A stretch of 64,000 nt of DNA from an uncultured Pseudomonadota bacterium (GCA_963843375.1 CAWJKT010000011.1:141954-205953), one strand, 5' to 3'; counted from the stretch's first letter, positions 28,791-39,056 are shown. The notes: generated by a model not told the origin, from the letters alone. Made by a program: numbers and translations.

Positions 28791-29435
28791 TTAGGCGGTC
28801 TTGCTATTTCCGGGGTCCATGAAAGCGAAGAGGACAATCCCCGTCAGGAAACCGCCCACATGGGCCCAAAAGGCCACGCCCCCCATCATGGGATTGGAAT
28901 TAATGGCCATAAAGTATTGCTCGAGAAACCAGATACCCACCACGAGAAAGGCCCGGGCAGGGATCGCAAAGATCGGAAAGACGATGAAGAAAAATTGCAG
29001 CCTCATTTTTTGCCAGGGGAACATCACCATATAGAGGGCACAAATGCCGGAGATGGCCCCGGAAGCGCCGACAAGCGGCAAAGACGAATGGGGGTTCACC
29101 GTGTATTGCAGGAAGCATGCGCCAAACCCTGAGAGCAGGTATGCGATGAGGTAGTTCATCCTGCCCAGCCGCTCCTCCACGTTATCCCCGAAGACGTAAA
29201 GAAAGTACATGTTGCCTAGGAGATGGGCGATACCCGCGTGTAGGAACATGGATGAAATCACGTTTTGGATATGTGGATGGGCGGGGGTGAAGCCGTAATG
29301 CCAGACAATGCGATCGAAGGACTGGCGGAAAAAGGTCTTGAAAAAAATGTAAAAATTAAGGGTGATCAAGGCCACGTTCGCCAAGGGAAACTTGCGAGGA
29401 GGGTTACCCTCTTGTACCGGAAGGAACCAGAACAT
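28791..29435 (-). CDS. rhomboid-family intramembrane serine protease
   Basis: FLHAGIAHLLGNM (H..N), GASGAISG (catalytic Ser), WAHVGGFLTG (catalytic His). 6 TM. Confidence 0.88.
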   Translation of the reverse strand: MFWFLPVQEGNPPRKFPLANVALITLNFYIFFKTFFRQSFDRIVWHYGFTPAHPHIQNVISSMFLHAGIAHLLGNMYFLYVFGDNVEERLGRMNYLIAYLLSGFGACFLQYTVNPHSSLPLVGASGAISGICALYMVMFPWQKMRLQFFFIVFPIFAIPARAFLVVGIWFLEQYFMAINSNPMMGGVAFWAHVGGFLTGIVLFAFMDPGNSKTA

Positions 29436-29711
29436 GGTTTTTCCTCATTTCGTAAGATAGGGGGGTCGCCAGGAGGCACATTATGCCCCCTAACAAAAAT
29501 CAAAAAAAGGTTGTTGCGCGATCCAGTTCAGCATGAACGGCGATAGACGGAATTCAAAAAAATTTGAAATGGGCTTTATTTTGCCTTACTTACGCTGATT
29601 TTCCATTAAAAGAAGAAATCTAGAAACCTCTTTTCCGGCTTTGGAAAAGGCTGTGGATCCACACGGGGTTATTTTTATTCGATATTTTTAACCGATCCAA
29701 GTTAAACTTGG

Positions 29712-31970
29712 ATGCGGAAGGAATTATTTTTGAAAAAGAGACCCCTGCCAAAAAAAGGCAGAAAAAACCCCAGGCCGTCCCCCAAGGCTATTTCCCGGGA
29801 CTCCGTTCCAACCGACGTCCCGCTTAAAAAGACAGGGCTGGACGCAGGCTATGGGCGCATTTTTGAAATAAATTCCATTTATGCTTGCGGATTGTTCGCG
29901 CTATTCACCGCCCTTTTCCTTTGGCCCTTTTTAACCCACCGCGACTGGATACCCGGCAATGGGGATATGGAATTCATTTGGCCTTACCGGTATGTCTGGA
30001 TTGAAAGTCTCAAAAGGGGTTATCCGATGTTATGGAACCCCTATAGCAGCCTGGGCCAGCCTTTTTTGGCCAATTGCAATCCCCAGGTTTTCGCCCCTTT
30101 TAATTTTTTGTTTTTCTTTTTGCCCACGAGTTACGGTTTCACTTGGAGCTATTTCTTCCATTTTCTAATTGCGGCCTTTGGTACCTACCTTTTTATCCGT
30201 GGCCTTGGAACCGGCTGGACGGCGGCCTGCCTGGGAGGGTTGGCATTCGCCTTTTCTGGATTTTTCATGGGCCATTTTTTGTTCGGTGGGCATAACTCGG
30301 TGAATGGGGCGGCTTGGCTTCCATTAGTCCTCTATGGACTCAAGCGATTTTTGGACTTGCGCCAGTTTTCCGCCCTCCTGCTTTCCTCCGCGGCTTTCGG
30401 CTGCTTGAGTCTGGACGCGATGCCCCAATATGTATTTTATACCCTGATGATAACGGGTTTTTTTCTGGTTTGGACCTGGATTTCGGGAGGGATTAACTGG
30501 AAGGGGCTTTTGAAGACGGAAGTCCTATTCATCGCGATGAGTTTTTCACTGGGACTCTGCCAATTGGCGCCGACTTTCCAAATGGCTCAATTAAGCAACC
30601 GCTGGTCCTGGAATATGAAAGAAATCATGCGCGATTGTTTTGTTCCCGAGAACTTTCGTTTCCTGATCAGTCCTTTTTCAATGGGAATCCCGGAACATGA
30701 TTATCATGGAACGGGCGGATACGCGGAGGTCATCATTTATATCGGGGTCATCCCGATAATCCTGGCCTTCTTCGGGTTTTGGGGATTGTTGAAAAGGCCC
30801 ATGGTTCGGTGGTTTGGCCTAGTGGCCGTTTTAAGCATGCTCTTGGCCATGGCCGACAGCACCCCCTTCACCCATTATGTTTATATGTTCTTTTCAAAAA
30901 TCCTTCCCGGATTATCTCACAACCGGGAAGTGAGCCGCATCATGGTATTGACGGCTTTTGCCTTGGCTTGTTTGGCCGGTTTGGCTTTGGACGCTTGGAC
31001 CCGGTACTGGCGGCAGAAGCCGGGCCTGCCCGGTCTTTCCCGGGCCTTCCTGGTGTTTTGGGTCCCGGCCTTCCTGCTCTTGGGTACGGCCGTCGACCTT
31101 TACCGGTTCGATGCGCCACATGCCGCCGGTTACGGCGGCTCCTCCGCTTTTTTTACCGATTTATTTCCGGCGGATCTCCTTCAAAAGATAAAGGAGGACC
31201 CCACCTATCCGAGGGTCCAGCCTGGAAGCACCTACTGCGAATATCAGCTCCTTCAAAACATCAGTTCGGTTTACACCGGCTGCACCTCCTTTTTCATTCA
31301 GACTACCCAAGATTACATTGACGAGGAATATGGCCACCCGGATTCGCCGTTGGTGGATTTGATCAACCTCAAATACTCTTATCGACCGGATGGTTCCCAA
31401 CCCACTCCCCGTTGGCAAAGGGTTCCAGGAATCGTCCCTGGCTCGGTTTGGGAGAATACCCAGGTTTATCCCCGCGCTTTCATGGTGGGCGGTTACAGCG
31501 TTGATCCGGATTATAGCCAAGCCATTTCCGAAATCCGGGATGGGAAGGTGGATCCCCGCCAGGAAGTGGTTTTGACCCAGGATCCATCTGAAAAACCCGA
31601 GGGGCCGAAGGGTTGGGTGGGGGAAGCCAAAATTACCCGTTACGATTATAACGACCTGGAAATCGAATGCACGAACAACCGGCCTTGTTTTCTTTTTCTT
31701 TCCGATGCCTATTATCCTGGCTGGAAGTCGTGGGTGGACGGGAAGGAGGGACCCATTTATCTGGCGGATGGAACGTTCCGGGCGGTCCCCCTTTTAAACG
31801 CCGGCAGTCATCGGGTTAAAATGTCCTACTATCCCCCGATCATCATTTACAGCTTCTTTTATTCGTTGTTCGCCTGGATAGCTCTGGCGGTCGGCTGGGC
31901 CTTTCATAGCCGGTTAGATCAATGGTTCTCGACCCGATTTGGAGAAATTTTTTCTTTGCCCAGCCGTTGA
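29712..31970 (+). CDS. YfhO-family polytopic membrane protein (putative lipid-linked glycan glycosyltransferase)
   Basis: 752 aa. Many TM, then a C-terminal domain with AYYPGWKSWVDGKEGPIYLADGTFRAVPLLNAGSHRVKMSYYP, typical of the YfhO family. Basic N-terminal tail. Confidence 0.7.
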   Translation: MRKELFLKKRPLPKKGRKNPRPSPKAISRDSVPTDVPLKKTGLDAGYGRIFEINSIYACGLFALFTALFLWPFLTHRDWIPGNGDMEFIWPYRYVWIESLKRGYPMLWNPYSSLGQPFLANCNPQVFAPFNFLFFFLPTSYGFTWSYFFHFLIAAFGTYLFIRGLGTGWTAACLGGLAFAFSGFFMGHFLFGGHNSVNGAAWLPLVLYGLKRFLDLRQFSALLLSSAAFGCLSLDAMPQYVFYTLMITGFFLVWTWISGGINWKGLLKTEVLFIAMSFSLGLCQLAPTFQMAQLSNRWSWNMKEIMRDCFVPENFRFLISPFSMGIPEHDYHGTGGYAEVIIYIGVIPIILAFFGFWGLLKRPMVRWFGLVAVLSMLLAMADSTPFTHYVYMFFSKILPGLSHNREVSRIMVLTAFALACLAGLALDAWTRYWRQKPGLPGLSRAFLVFWVPAFLLLGTAVDLYRFDAPHAAGYGGSSAFFTDLFPADLLQKIKEDPTYPRVQPGSTYCEYQLLQNISSVYTGCTSFFIQTTQDYIDEEYGHPDSPLVDLINLKYSYRPDGSQPTPRWQRVPGIVPGSVWENTQVYPRAFMVGGYSVDPDYSQAISEIRDGKVDPRQEVVLTQDPSEKPEGPKGWVGEAKITRYDYNDLEIECTNNRPCFLFLSDAYYPGWKSWVDGKEGPIYLADGTFRAVPLLNAGSHRVKMSYYPPIIIYSFFYSLFAWIALAVGWAFHSRLDQWFSTRFGEIFSLPSR

Positions 31971-31999
31971 AAAGATAAAAAGGGACAAGGTCACCCGTT

Positions 32000-33146
32000 T
32001 CAACTCACCCGTGAAAGCCATTCGGGTTTGATAATGATCTCCGCGGGCTGGACAAGGTTGGGGTCTCGGTTTGGGATCTTCCACACGCCAGGGATAGGAG
32101 TGGAGCACTTGAGGCATATTCCTTCCGTCCCCAGCAGGTTTCGCAGGACTTGAAAGCCGTAACGCTCGATTAAAAGTTCCCCGCAGGAAGGGCAGTAGGT
32201 GTTTTCGGTGGTGCCGACCTCTCCGGGGCGGTTGCCCGAGTAAACATAATGCGAGCCCGGCGGCCTTGCCGATCTGGTAGCTCACGTTCAATTTATCCGG
32301 GTCGGTCCAATCCAGGTCTTCCATCTTATAGTCCGGATGGAACGCCGTGACATGCCAGGGGATATCCCTGGAGATGGAAGCCAGGAATTCCGCCATGGCC
32401 TGTAGTTCCTTTTCGCTGTCGTTCAACCCTGGAACCACCAGAGTCACTACTTCCAGCCAGAAACCCATGGCTTTCAACCGCTCAATGGATTCCAAAACCG
32501 GTTTCAAGGTTCCCCCGATATTGCGGCGGTAGGTTTTGTCGTTGAAGCATTTTAAATCCACCTTATAGAGATCCACCCAGGGGCGTAAGAACTCCAACAC
32601 TTCTTTCGTGGCGTTGCCGTTGGAAACATAGGAGGTTAAAAGCCCTAGGGTCCGGGCCTGCTTGAAAACCTCCACGGCCCACTCGCTGGTAATCAAAGGC
32701 TCGTTGTAAGTGGAGGTGATGGTTTGGCAATGGTGTTTCAGGGCGGCTGCCGCCAGTTCCTGGGCGGTCAGGTCTTGAGGCCGGGCTCCATTTTGTTCGG
32801 AAGCCGGGTCTCGTAAAGCTTGGCTGGTAATCCAGTTCTGGCAGTAATCGCAATGATAATCGCAACCCAACATGCCGAAGGAAAAGGCCCGGGTGCCGGG
32901 AAGGGCGTGGAAAAAAGGCTTCTTCTCGATGGGATCCACCTGCAGGGCGCCCACGTAATTACGGGGAACCTTCAGACGTCCATTCTCATTATAACGGACT
33001 TTGCAGATGCCCTTTTTCCCTTCCGGAATGCGGCATCGATGGGAGCAGGCATAACATTGCACCCGGTTTTCGGAAAGCTTTTCATAAAGCAATCCTTCCG
33101 TGGTGCGATCCGCCAGCAATTGTTCCAGAGTCGGCGTTTTCGGCAT
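32000..33146 (-). pseudogene. AmmeMemoRadiSam-system radical SAM enzyme, split by a frameshift near 32255
   Basis: N-terminal Cys cluster CYACSHRCRIPEGKKGICKVR and radical-SAM motif CDYHCDYCQNW. After ...YQIGKAAGL the family C-terminus HYVYSGNRPGEVGTTENTYCPSCGELLIERYGFQVLRNLLGTEGICLKCSTPIPGVW is one frame over and stops at 32002-32000. The listed tail to 31914 is out of frame. Confidence 0.8.
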
Positions 33147-33217
33147 GATTTACCCTTCTATATAGTAGGCCTCGAGTAGAGGGAAAAAAAGATGCGCCTT
33201 GTTCAAAAAGGCGTAAA

Positions 33218-34645
33218 ATGGCCCTCCCATTGGAGAAAAAAATGGCGCCTAGCCCAAAGACAAAATCAGAAAAAGAAAAAAAGAACCTCAGCCTCAAACC
33301 TTCCCGGGCCGCCCGCAAGGCCCTGGAAGGACTGGATTCCCTGATATTACTGGTGGATGTATTCATGGATGAAGCGGGCCTGGAATTCAGGAGGCTCCTG
33401 AAATGGCTGGCCAAAGAGGATCGGGAAAAACTAAAGGGTCCCCGTCGTTACGGCAAATTGTGGAAAGCCCTGGTGGAAAGGCAAGAGTTCATCCGTCATT
33501 CCCGGGTGGGGAATATCCTGCAGGACCATTTCTTGGAAAGGCTTTTGGAAAATGACAATTCCTTCCACCGCAAAGCCGAACTGACCCGTCTCTCGCAAAT
33601 AGGCCCTTCCTTAAGCGACGCCTATTTGTTGGAACTGGAGGTGATCCAGAAGATTTTAAAAACCGATTGGGAGGCCGAGTTCCTGAACTTGTCCGGATTG
33701 CTGGGCAAGAAGGCCACTCCCTCATTAGAAAGCACCCGCGGATTAGCCGAAAACCAATCGTCGTCTCCCTCTCTGGAAGCCCAGGAAGCCATAAAGCGAA
33801 AAATTCTTTTCAGTTCCAAGGGAAACCCCCTCCTGGATGAAGTTGCGGGGCATTTTTTCCAAAACGGCTGGGGTCTATTCGGGCGTTATCGGGCCTTCCG
33901 CTGGGAGGATCGGGGCGAGAGAAAGAAGGGGCTGGTGGGCATTGAGGCCGTGGATCCTATCCGCTTGGAAGACCTCGTGGGGTATGACGAACAACGCGGG
34001 CCCCTTCTGGAGAATATCGAAGCCTTCGTAGCGGGCAAGCCCGCCAATAATGTCCTCCTCTACGGCGAAAGGGGAACGGGAAAGTCCTCCACCGTCAAAG
34101 CTCTCCTAAACCAATATCATCAGAAGGGTTTACGGCTGGTGGAGGTGGCACCCCAGGAACTTAAGGAATTGCACGACATCTTTCCCCACTTGAGGGGCCG
34201 CCGGGAAAAGTTCATCCTTTTCGTAGACGATCTTTCCTTCGAGGATAACGAGACTTCCTATAAAGGGTTGAAAGCCCTGTTGGAAGGAACCTTGGAAGCT
34301 ACCCCCGGAAACGTCATCGTGATTGCAACATCCAACCGCCGACACCTGATCCGGGAGTTTTTCGACGACCGTTTGGGCGGGGTCCAGAAAGGGGGCGAAA
34401 TCCACGGAGCGGATACCGTGGAGGAAAAACTTTCTCTAGCCGACCGTTTCGGCTTGGTCATCTCCTTTTACACCCCCGACCAGGAAACCTACTTTAAAAT
34501 GGTTGATAGCTGGGCAAAAATGGAAGGCATCAAAATGAAATCCCAGGAACTCCATGCCCGGGCGATCCAATGGGAAAAGTCCAACAACGTCCGCTCCGGC
34601 CGCACCGCGAGACAATTTATTAATGACCTTAAAGGAAAAATCTGA
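33218..34645 (+). CDS. DUF815-type AAA+ ATPase with a roughly 190-aa N-terminal extension
   Basis: Walker A LYGERGTGKSS, Walker B FILFVDDLSF, sensor ATSNRRHL. The C-terminal two-thirds matches the DUF815 pattern. I did not recognise the N-terminal helical region. Confidence 0.75.
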   Translation: MALPLEKKMAPSPKTKSEKEKKNLSLKPSRAARKALEGLDSLILLVDVFMDEAGLEFRRLLKWLAKEDREKLKGPRRYGKLWKALVERQEFIRHSRVGNILQDHFLERLLENDNSFHRKAELTRLSQIGPSLSDAYLLELEVIQKILKTDWEAEFLNLSGLLGKKATPSLESTRGLAENQSSSPSLEAQEAIKRKILFSSKGNPLLDEVAGHFFQNGWGLFGRYRAFRWEDRGERKKGLVGIEAVDPIRLEDLVGYDEQRGPLLENIEAFVAGKPANNVLLYGERGTGKSSTVKALLNQYHQKGLRLVEVAPQELKELHDIFPHLRGRREKFILFVDDLSFEDNETSYKGLKALLEGTLEATPGNVIVIATSNRRHLIREFFDDRLGGVQKGGEIHGADTVEEKLSLADRFGLVISFYTPDQETYFKMVDSWAKMEGIKMKSQELHARAIQWEKSNNVRSGRTARQFINDLKGKI

Positions 34646-35121
34646 TGGCCGTTGATCTTTCGGTTTTTAAGAATGCCGCCCCTTACCGGGGTTTCCGGGA
34701 GGAAGATTGGAATATCCTTGCCGACCGGCTCAAGGAAGTCCACTCGAGCGGGGGCGATGTGGTTTTCCGGGAAAAGGAACCGGGTGACGGTTTTTATTTC
34801 ATCCGGGCGGGCAAGGTAAAAATCAGCAAGCAGGTCGTCCCGGAAGGGAAAAAGATGTCGCAGGAAATGCTCCTGGCGGTTTTGACCGCTGGAAACCTCT
34901 TCGGAGAAATGGCCTTGGTGGACGGGACGCCTCGTTCGGCGGATGCCATCGTGGAAGAAAACGCCATCCTTTATTACATGTCCCAGGAAGAATACGAGAA
35001 ACTGGAAAGGGAACATCCCCGTACCGCTCTGCGCATTCAGGATATCCTGGTTTCGACCCTCTGTTCCCGCATCCGGGAGGCCAACCGGAGCTTCGAGCTT
35101 ATCCGTTTCTGGTGCACATGA
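34645..35121 (+). CDS. stand-alone cyclic-nucleotide-binding domain protein
   Basis: 158 aa. GDGFYFIRAGKVKI...FGEMALVDGTPRSADAIV is the cNMP-binding (CAP effector domain) signature. No DNA-binding domain. Its ATG overlaps the upstream TGA. Confidence 0.85.
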   Translation: MAVDLSVFKNAAPYRGFREEDWNILADRLKEVHSSGGDVVFREKEPGDGFYFIRAGKVKISKQVVPEGKKMSQEMLLAVLTAGNLFGEMALVDGTPRSADAIVEENAILYYMSQEEYEKLEREHPRTALRIQDILVSTLCSRIREANRSFELIRFWCT

Positions 35122-36074
35122 GAATCCGGATCCGGTTTTTAATCGGCTTTTTTTGGGTTTTGGTTTTTTTTCAACCCCTGGCGGCCCAGACCAAAGAGTC
35201 CGCCGTCAAAACCCTCATTCCCGACCTTATCCTCTGCGGTAAAAAGCATAACAACCTGTTCCACATCCGCCGTGGCAAAATGAATTGGGATTGTCCATTT
35301 GATGGCCCCCTCAAAGACGTCCAGCCCCAACCGGAGGCCGGCACTTACCTGGTGACGGGGGCTTCGCAGCAAGTCGCGCTGATCCAAAAGATTTGGAAAG
35401 GGTGCAAAACCCTTTGGGATTGGACCGGCTTGGAGGGCGTTATGGTGGAAAGCGCCGTCGTGGCCGATTGGGACGAAAAGGATAAACCCGCCCTGATCCT
35501 GGCGGCTGATTCCCTTAATCAGCGGCTTTTTTTGGCGGACGCCAAGTCAAATGATCCCAAAATACGCTGGGAATACAAACTACCAGCCCCGCCCCGGCGG
35601 GTGCACCTTTGCACCGACAGCGGGAATTTCCTGGTGACTCTTCATGATTCGACCGTGGAGGAAATTTTTTTCCAGGAGGATAAGGTTGTCATGACCCTGG
35701 GTAAGACCGAGGGGTTGCTGGATGCACGGGACGCCGTGCGGGACCCCTGGGCGAATACTTACGTGGCGGACGCGGGGCAAGGGGACATACTTTCTTTCGG
35801 GCCGAAGAGGCAGCTCAATTGGAAAACGCACCTTCCCTTCGCGCCCGGGTCCTTTGAGGAAATGTCCTTGGCCCTCTTCCGTAAAAGCGGGAAGCGTCTT
35901 TTACTGGCGGCTGTGCATTTTTTGGGTGAGGGTTCGGCGGCTCTGAATGTCGTTTATGTCTTGAATACGGAAACCGGAAAGGTTTTGGCCTGGAACGACC
36001 AGGATGAAAAAGGCGGTTACCCGGCCTTTTTCAAGGCCATTCCGGACAAGGCCGAGTATTTCAAGAAACAGTAG
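35118..36074 (+). CDS. exported hypothetical protein, beta-propeller-like
   Basis: MRIRIRFLIGFFWVLVFFQPLAAQ is a signal peptide. Beta-rich with repeated W/D motifs. ATGA overlap with the upstream gene. Confidence 0.6.
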   Translation: MRIRIRFLIGFFWVLVFFQPLAAQTKESAVKTLIPDLILCGKKHNNLFHIRRGKMNWDCPFDGPLKDVQPQPEAGTYLVTGASQQVALIQKIWKGCKTLWDWTGLEGVMVESAVVADWDEKDKPALILAADSLNQRLFLADAKSNDPKIRWEYKLPAPPRRVHLCTDSGNFLVTLHDSTVEEIFFQEDKVVMTLGKTEGLLDARDAVRDPWANTYVADAGQGDILSFGPKRQLNWKTHLPFAPGSFEEMSLALFRKSGKRLLLAAVHFLGEGSAALNVVYVLNTETGKVLAWNDQDEKGGYPAFFKAIPDKAEYFKKQ

Positions 36075-36089
36075 GAGAAGGGGAAATCC

Positions 36090-37211
36090 ATGAAAGAAAA
36101 AATGACCAAAAGTTTTATGGCGGTCGTATTCCTGTCATTGACGGGGGCGCTTTGCGCCGGACCCGCTTTCCTCACGGACGAGGAAATCTTGCGCTTGCGA
36201 AACCTTGACAGGACTTCCCTTGAAGCCGCGCCTTGGGTTCAATCCATTGAGAACCAAGCCCAAGAAGCACTGGGGCTCGCCCCCAACCCGATCGACCAAA
36301 TTCAAACCGCCGGTCAGTTGAAGGGAAGCGATGAAAAGGAAAAGACCCAGGAAGCCTTGAAGGATATGCCCCGGATGCGGGCTCTGGGCCTTGCCTATAC
36401 CTTAACCGGACGGGAGGATTTCCGCCTCAAAGCCGGAGCCTATGTCCTCTCCTGGACCAAGACCTGCCAACCCCCGGAAAACGCCATCGACGCCACCAAC
36501 CTGGAAGCCCTATTGGAAACCTATGACCTAATTCGGGCGAAAATGGAACCGGGCTACCGTAAAGAGGTTGATGATTGGGTCCGGTCCGTCGCCCAAACTC
36601 TCATCACCTCCGACAATCCTCGGAAAGGCACCTATTGGAACAACCATAAAACCCACCGTCTCAAGATCATCGCCCTGGCAGCGTTCGTTTTGAATGACTC
36701 GGACCTGGAAAAACAAACCTTGGAAACCATTCAAAGCTTGATGGAGAAAAATTTGAATCCTGATGGAACCACCCTGGACTTCCTGGAACGGGACGCCCTT
36801 CATTACCAGGTTTACGATTTGGAACCCTTTATCCGAACGGCCATCCTCTACCAAAGGGCGATGAACATGGATCTATATGACTGGAAGACGAGCCGGGGAG
36901 CTTCGGTCAGCCAATGCGTGGCTTTCGTCATACCCTTTGCCAAGGGAGAGAAAACCCATGCCGAATATGTTCATACCACCGTGAAGTTTGACCTTCAGCG
37001 GGCCCAGAACAATGAAAAGGGGCACGAAATAGGAGCGAGTTTTCCGCCCCAGGGCGCTTTGAAATGCTTGGAACTGGCCCAGTTTTTCCAGCCGGATTTG
37101 AAATCTTTGGTGGGAACCTTGGCCAACAAGCCGGATGCGGCCTATCCGACCTTGCAGATTCTTTTGAACGAAGCCACCCGGCCTTCCCCTAACCCTTTAT
37201 CTAAACCATGA
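36090..37211 (+). CDS. exported alginate-lyase-fold (PL5-like) protein
   Basis: Signal peptide. GTYWNNHKTHRL (NNH motif) and ERDALHYQVYDLEPF (R..Y.Y) resemble the alginate lyase family catalytic motifs. All-alpha composition. Confidence 0.5.
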   Translation: MKEKMTKSFMAVVFLSLTGALCAGPAFLTDEEILRLRNLDRTSLEAAPWVQSIENQAQEALGLAPNPIDQIQTAGQLKGSDEKEKTQEALKDMPRMRALGLAYTLTGREDFRLKAGAYVLSWTKTCQPPENAIDATNLEALLETYDLIRAKMEPGYRKEVDDWVRSVAQTLITSDNPRKGTYWNNHKTHRLKIIALAAFVLNDSDLEKQTLETIQSLMEKNLNPDGTTLDFLERDALHYQVYDLEPFIRTAILYQRAMNMDLYDWKTSRGASVSQCVAFVIPFAKGEKTHAEYVHTTVKFDLQRAQNNEKGHEIGASFPPQGALKCLELAQFFQPDLKSLVGTLANKPDAAYPTLQILLNEATRPSPNPLSKP

Positions 37212-37953
37212 ATCCCTGGCCTGAAGATTTACCTAAACGATTGAAAGACTGCCGAAAGATTTGCGTTCTGACGGGCGCGGGCATTTCGACAGAATCGGGC
37301 ATATCCACTTTTCGGGGCGTGGGCGGCCAATGGGAGAAAATTGATCCCATGAAGTTAGCTTCTGCGGAAGCTTTTTCCAAGGACCCCAAATACGTGTGGG
37401 AATGGTATGAGGTCCGGCGGCGCCAAGCGGCGGAGGCCGAACCCAACCGGGGGCACGAGGTTTTGGCCTGGATGGAAGAATTTTTTCCTGAGGTGACGCT
37501 CATTACCCAAAACGTGGACCGGCTTCACCACAAGGCGGGGAGCCGGAGGCCCATTGAGCTTCATGGAAGTTTGTGGATGGTCCGATGCACGAGGGGATGC
37601 GGTGAATGGGAAGACCGGCATGAACTGGTGAATCTTCCTCCTAAGTGCCCTCAATGCGGAGCCCTGTTACGCCCCGGAGTGGTTTGGTTCGGGGAGGGAT
37701 TCCCGTGGAGCCTTGGGCCCAGGCCGAGGAAGCCTCTAGGGAATGCGACGCTTTTTTCGTCATTGGGACCTCGGCCCTGGTTTATCCCGCTGCCGCCCTG
37801 CCCGAAGAGCCGCTTCACCGAAAAAAGTTGGTGATCGAGATCAATCCCGAAGAAACACCTCTTTCCAGCCTCGTAACCCTTTCCGTTCGATCGGGAGCGG
37901 GCGAAGCGCTGGAATCCTTGCGCGAGAAACTTCTGGGAGAAGCTTCCTCTTGA
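37208..37953 (+). pseudogene. cobB: NAD-dependent protein deacylase (sirtuin, CobB type), split by a frameshift near 37695
   Basis: GAGISTESGISTFRG, QNVDRLH and zinc ribbon CTRGC...CPQCG. After ...LRPGVVWFGE the conserved IPVEPWAQAEEASRECDAFFVIGTSALVYPAAALPE... is in ORF 37645..37953. The junction is at GGGGAGGGATTCCC. Confidence 0.82.
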
Positions 37954-39056
37954 ACAGAGTTTATAAATTATTGATTCTAGCGGGATTCCTTTACCCGGTT
38001 TTTCAACCCTTGAGGGCTTCGGAAACGGAAAATGAAGTCTTCTCGGGGAAGATTAGCGCCGAGGCGGGTGGTTTCCAGTCCCCCGGAAGCGATCTGGCAA
38101 CCTACCAATACTCGAATCTATCCTTGGAAAGCGCTCAGGACCTTTTGCCTGAACTTTCCCTGGGCCTGGAGGGAGAAGCGAATTGGCAGTCGGCGGGATT
38201 GCCTATGGCCCCTACTTGGCCTATTTACCCGGCCAACAATGTCTTGAAACTGGAAACGAACAACTTCTCCTCCTTCGGTGGTGAAGACATTTATTCCCTC
38301 CGCATTAACCGGGCTTTCCTTCACCTAGCCACCGGGCGGTTAGATGTGACGGCGGGTCTCTTTAAACCCGATTGGGGCTACTCCTACTTTTACCGGCCTA
38401 CGGATTACTTCAATCCCCTTTCGCCCCTGCAATGGCGGCCAGCGGAATCCCTGGGGAGTGAGGGGATGGATGCTTCCTGTTTTATGTTCGACGACCTGAG
38501 CCTGGAGGGAGCGGTGCGGTTTCTTCAAGGTGGGACGGCCAATGGAGTTTTAAGGCTCGTGGACAAAGGCATTGGAATAACCGTAACCCCCAGCCTGGCC
38601 TGGATGACGGGCCGTGACGGTTTCGGTTTGGAAATGGTTGGAACATTTCCGACCTTCCAGGTCAGGTTGGAAGGCGAGCATTGGATTTATTCCGATGACC
38701 ATGCGGCCACTAATTGGAATTTAGGGGTTTCCACCTCCCACGATGGCGTGAAGTATACGGCCGAGTTTTTAAGAGATGAGACGGGGGAAATCCTCGGGAA
38801 CTATTCGAAACAAGTCATCCCCACGAGTTATGTTTTTATGACGGCGGAAGGCAAGTTTTTGGATCAATGGAAGGCCGCGCCGGCCTTCGTGGCCCCCTTG
38901 GAAGGAGGCCCGTTCATTTTCTGGCCGAAAGTGAATTGGGATTTTGAGTCTTCCTGGGAACTGGGTTTCCAGGCCCAATGGCTTATTGGAGCTTGGGAAG
39001 GCCCACTAGACCTGTACCCCGGCCGAACCGGGGTTTCCCTGGCTTATACGCTTTGA
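37950..39056 (+). CDS. exported hypothetical protein, possible outer-membrane beta-barrel
   Basis: TTG 37950 overlaps the sirtuin stop and gives signal peptide LNRVYKLLILAGFLYPVFQPLRA. The track N-terminus (37743-) is an out-of-frame overlap with the sirtuin. Alternating aromatic/Gly beta pattern. Confidence 0.55.
   Translation: MNRVYKLLILAGFLYPVFQPLRASETENEVFSGKISAEAGGFQSPGSDLATYQYSNLSLESAQDLLPELSLGLEGEANWQSAGLPMAPTWPIYPANNVLKLETNNFSSFGGEDIYSLRINRAFLHLATGRLDVTAGLFKPDWGYSYFYRPTDYFNPLSPLQWRPAESLGSEGMDASCFMFDDLSLEGAVRFLQGGTANGVLRLVDKGIGITVTPSLAWMTGRDGFGLEMVGTFPTFQVRLEGEHWIYSDDHAATNWNLGVSTSHDGVKYTAEFLRDETGEILGNYSKQVIPTSYVFMTAEGKFLDQWKAAPAFVAPLEGGPFIFWPKVNWDFESSWELGFQAQWLIGAWEGPLDLYPGRTGVSLAYTL

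Noticed and set aside
29697-29711. Hairpin CCAAGTTAAACTTGG abutting the YfhO-like start codon as a translational control element
   Set aside because: It is only a 6-bp stem with no conservation information, and the start codon assignment itself is uncertain. The evidence is too weak to call.
37743-37949. Long N-terminal extensions of track ORFs 37743..39056, 46751..47557 and 46290..47063
   Set aside because: The extensions overlap the upstream gene out of frame and read as Arg/Pro-rich junk. Internal starts give proper signal peptides.
37208-37953. Sirtuin as a Thoeris/DSR-type antiphage NADase effector, given the adjacent cNMP-binding protein
   Set aside because: It is a short canonical CobB-type deacylase with the zinc ribbon and all catalytic motifs. 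It has no SLOG, TIR, pAgo or HerA partner and no long sensor domain. Housekeeping-type is the simpler reading.
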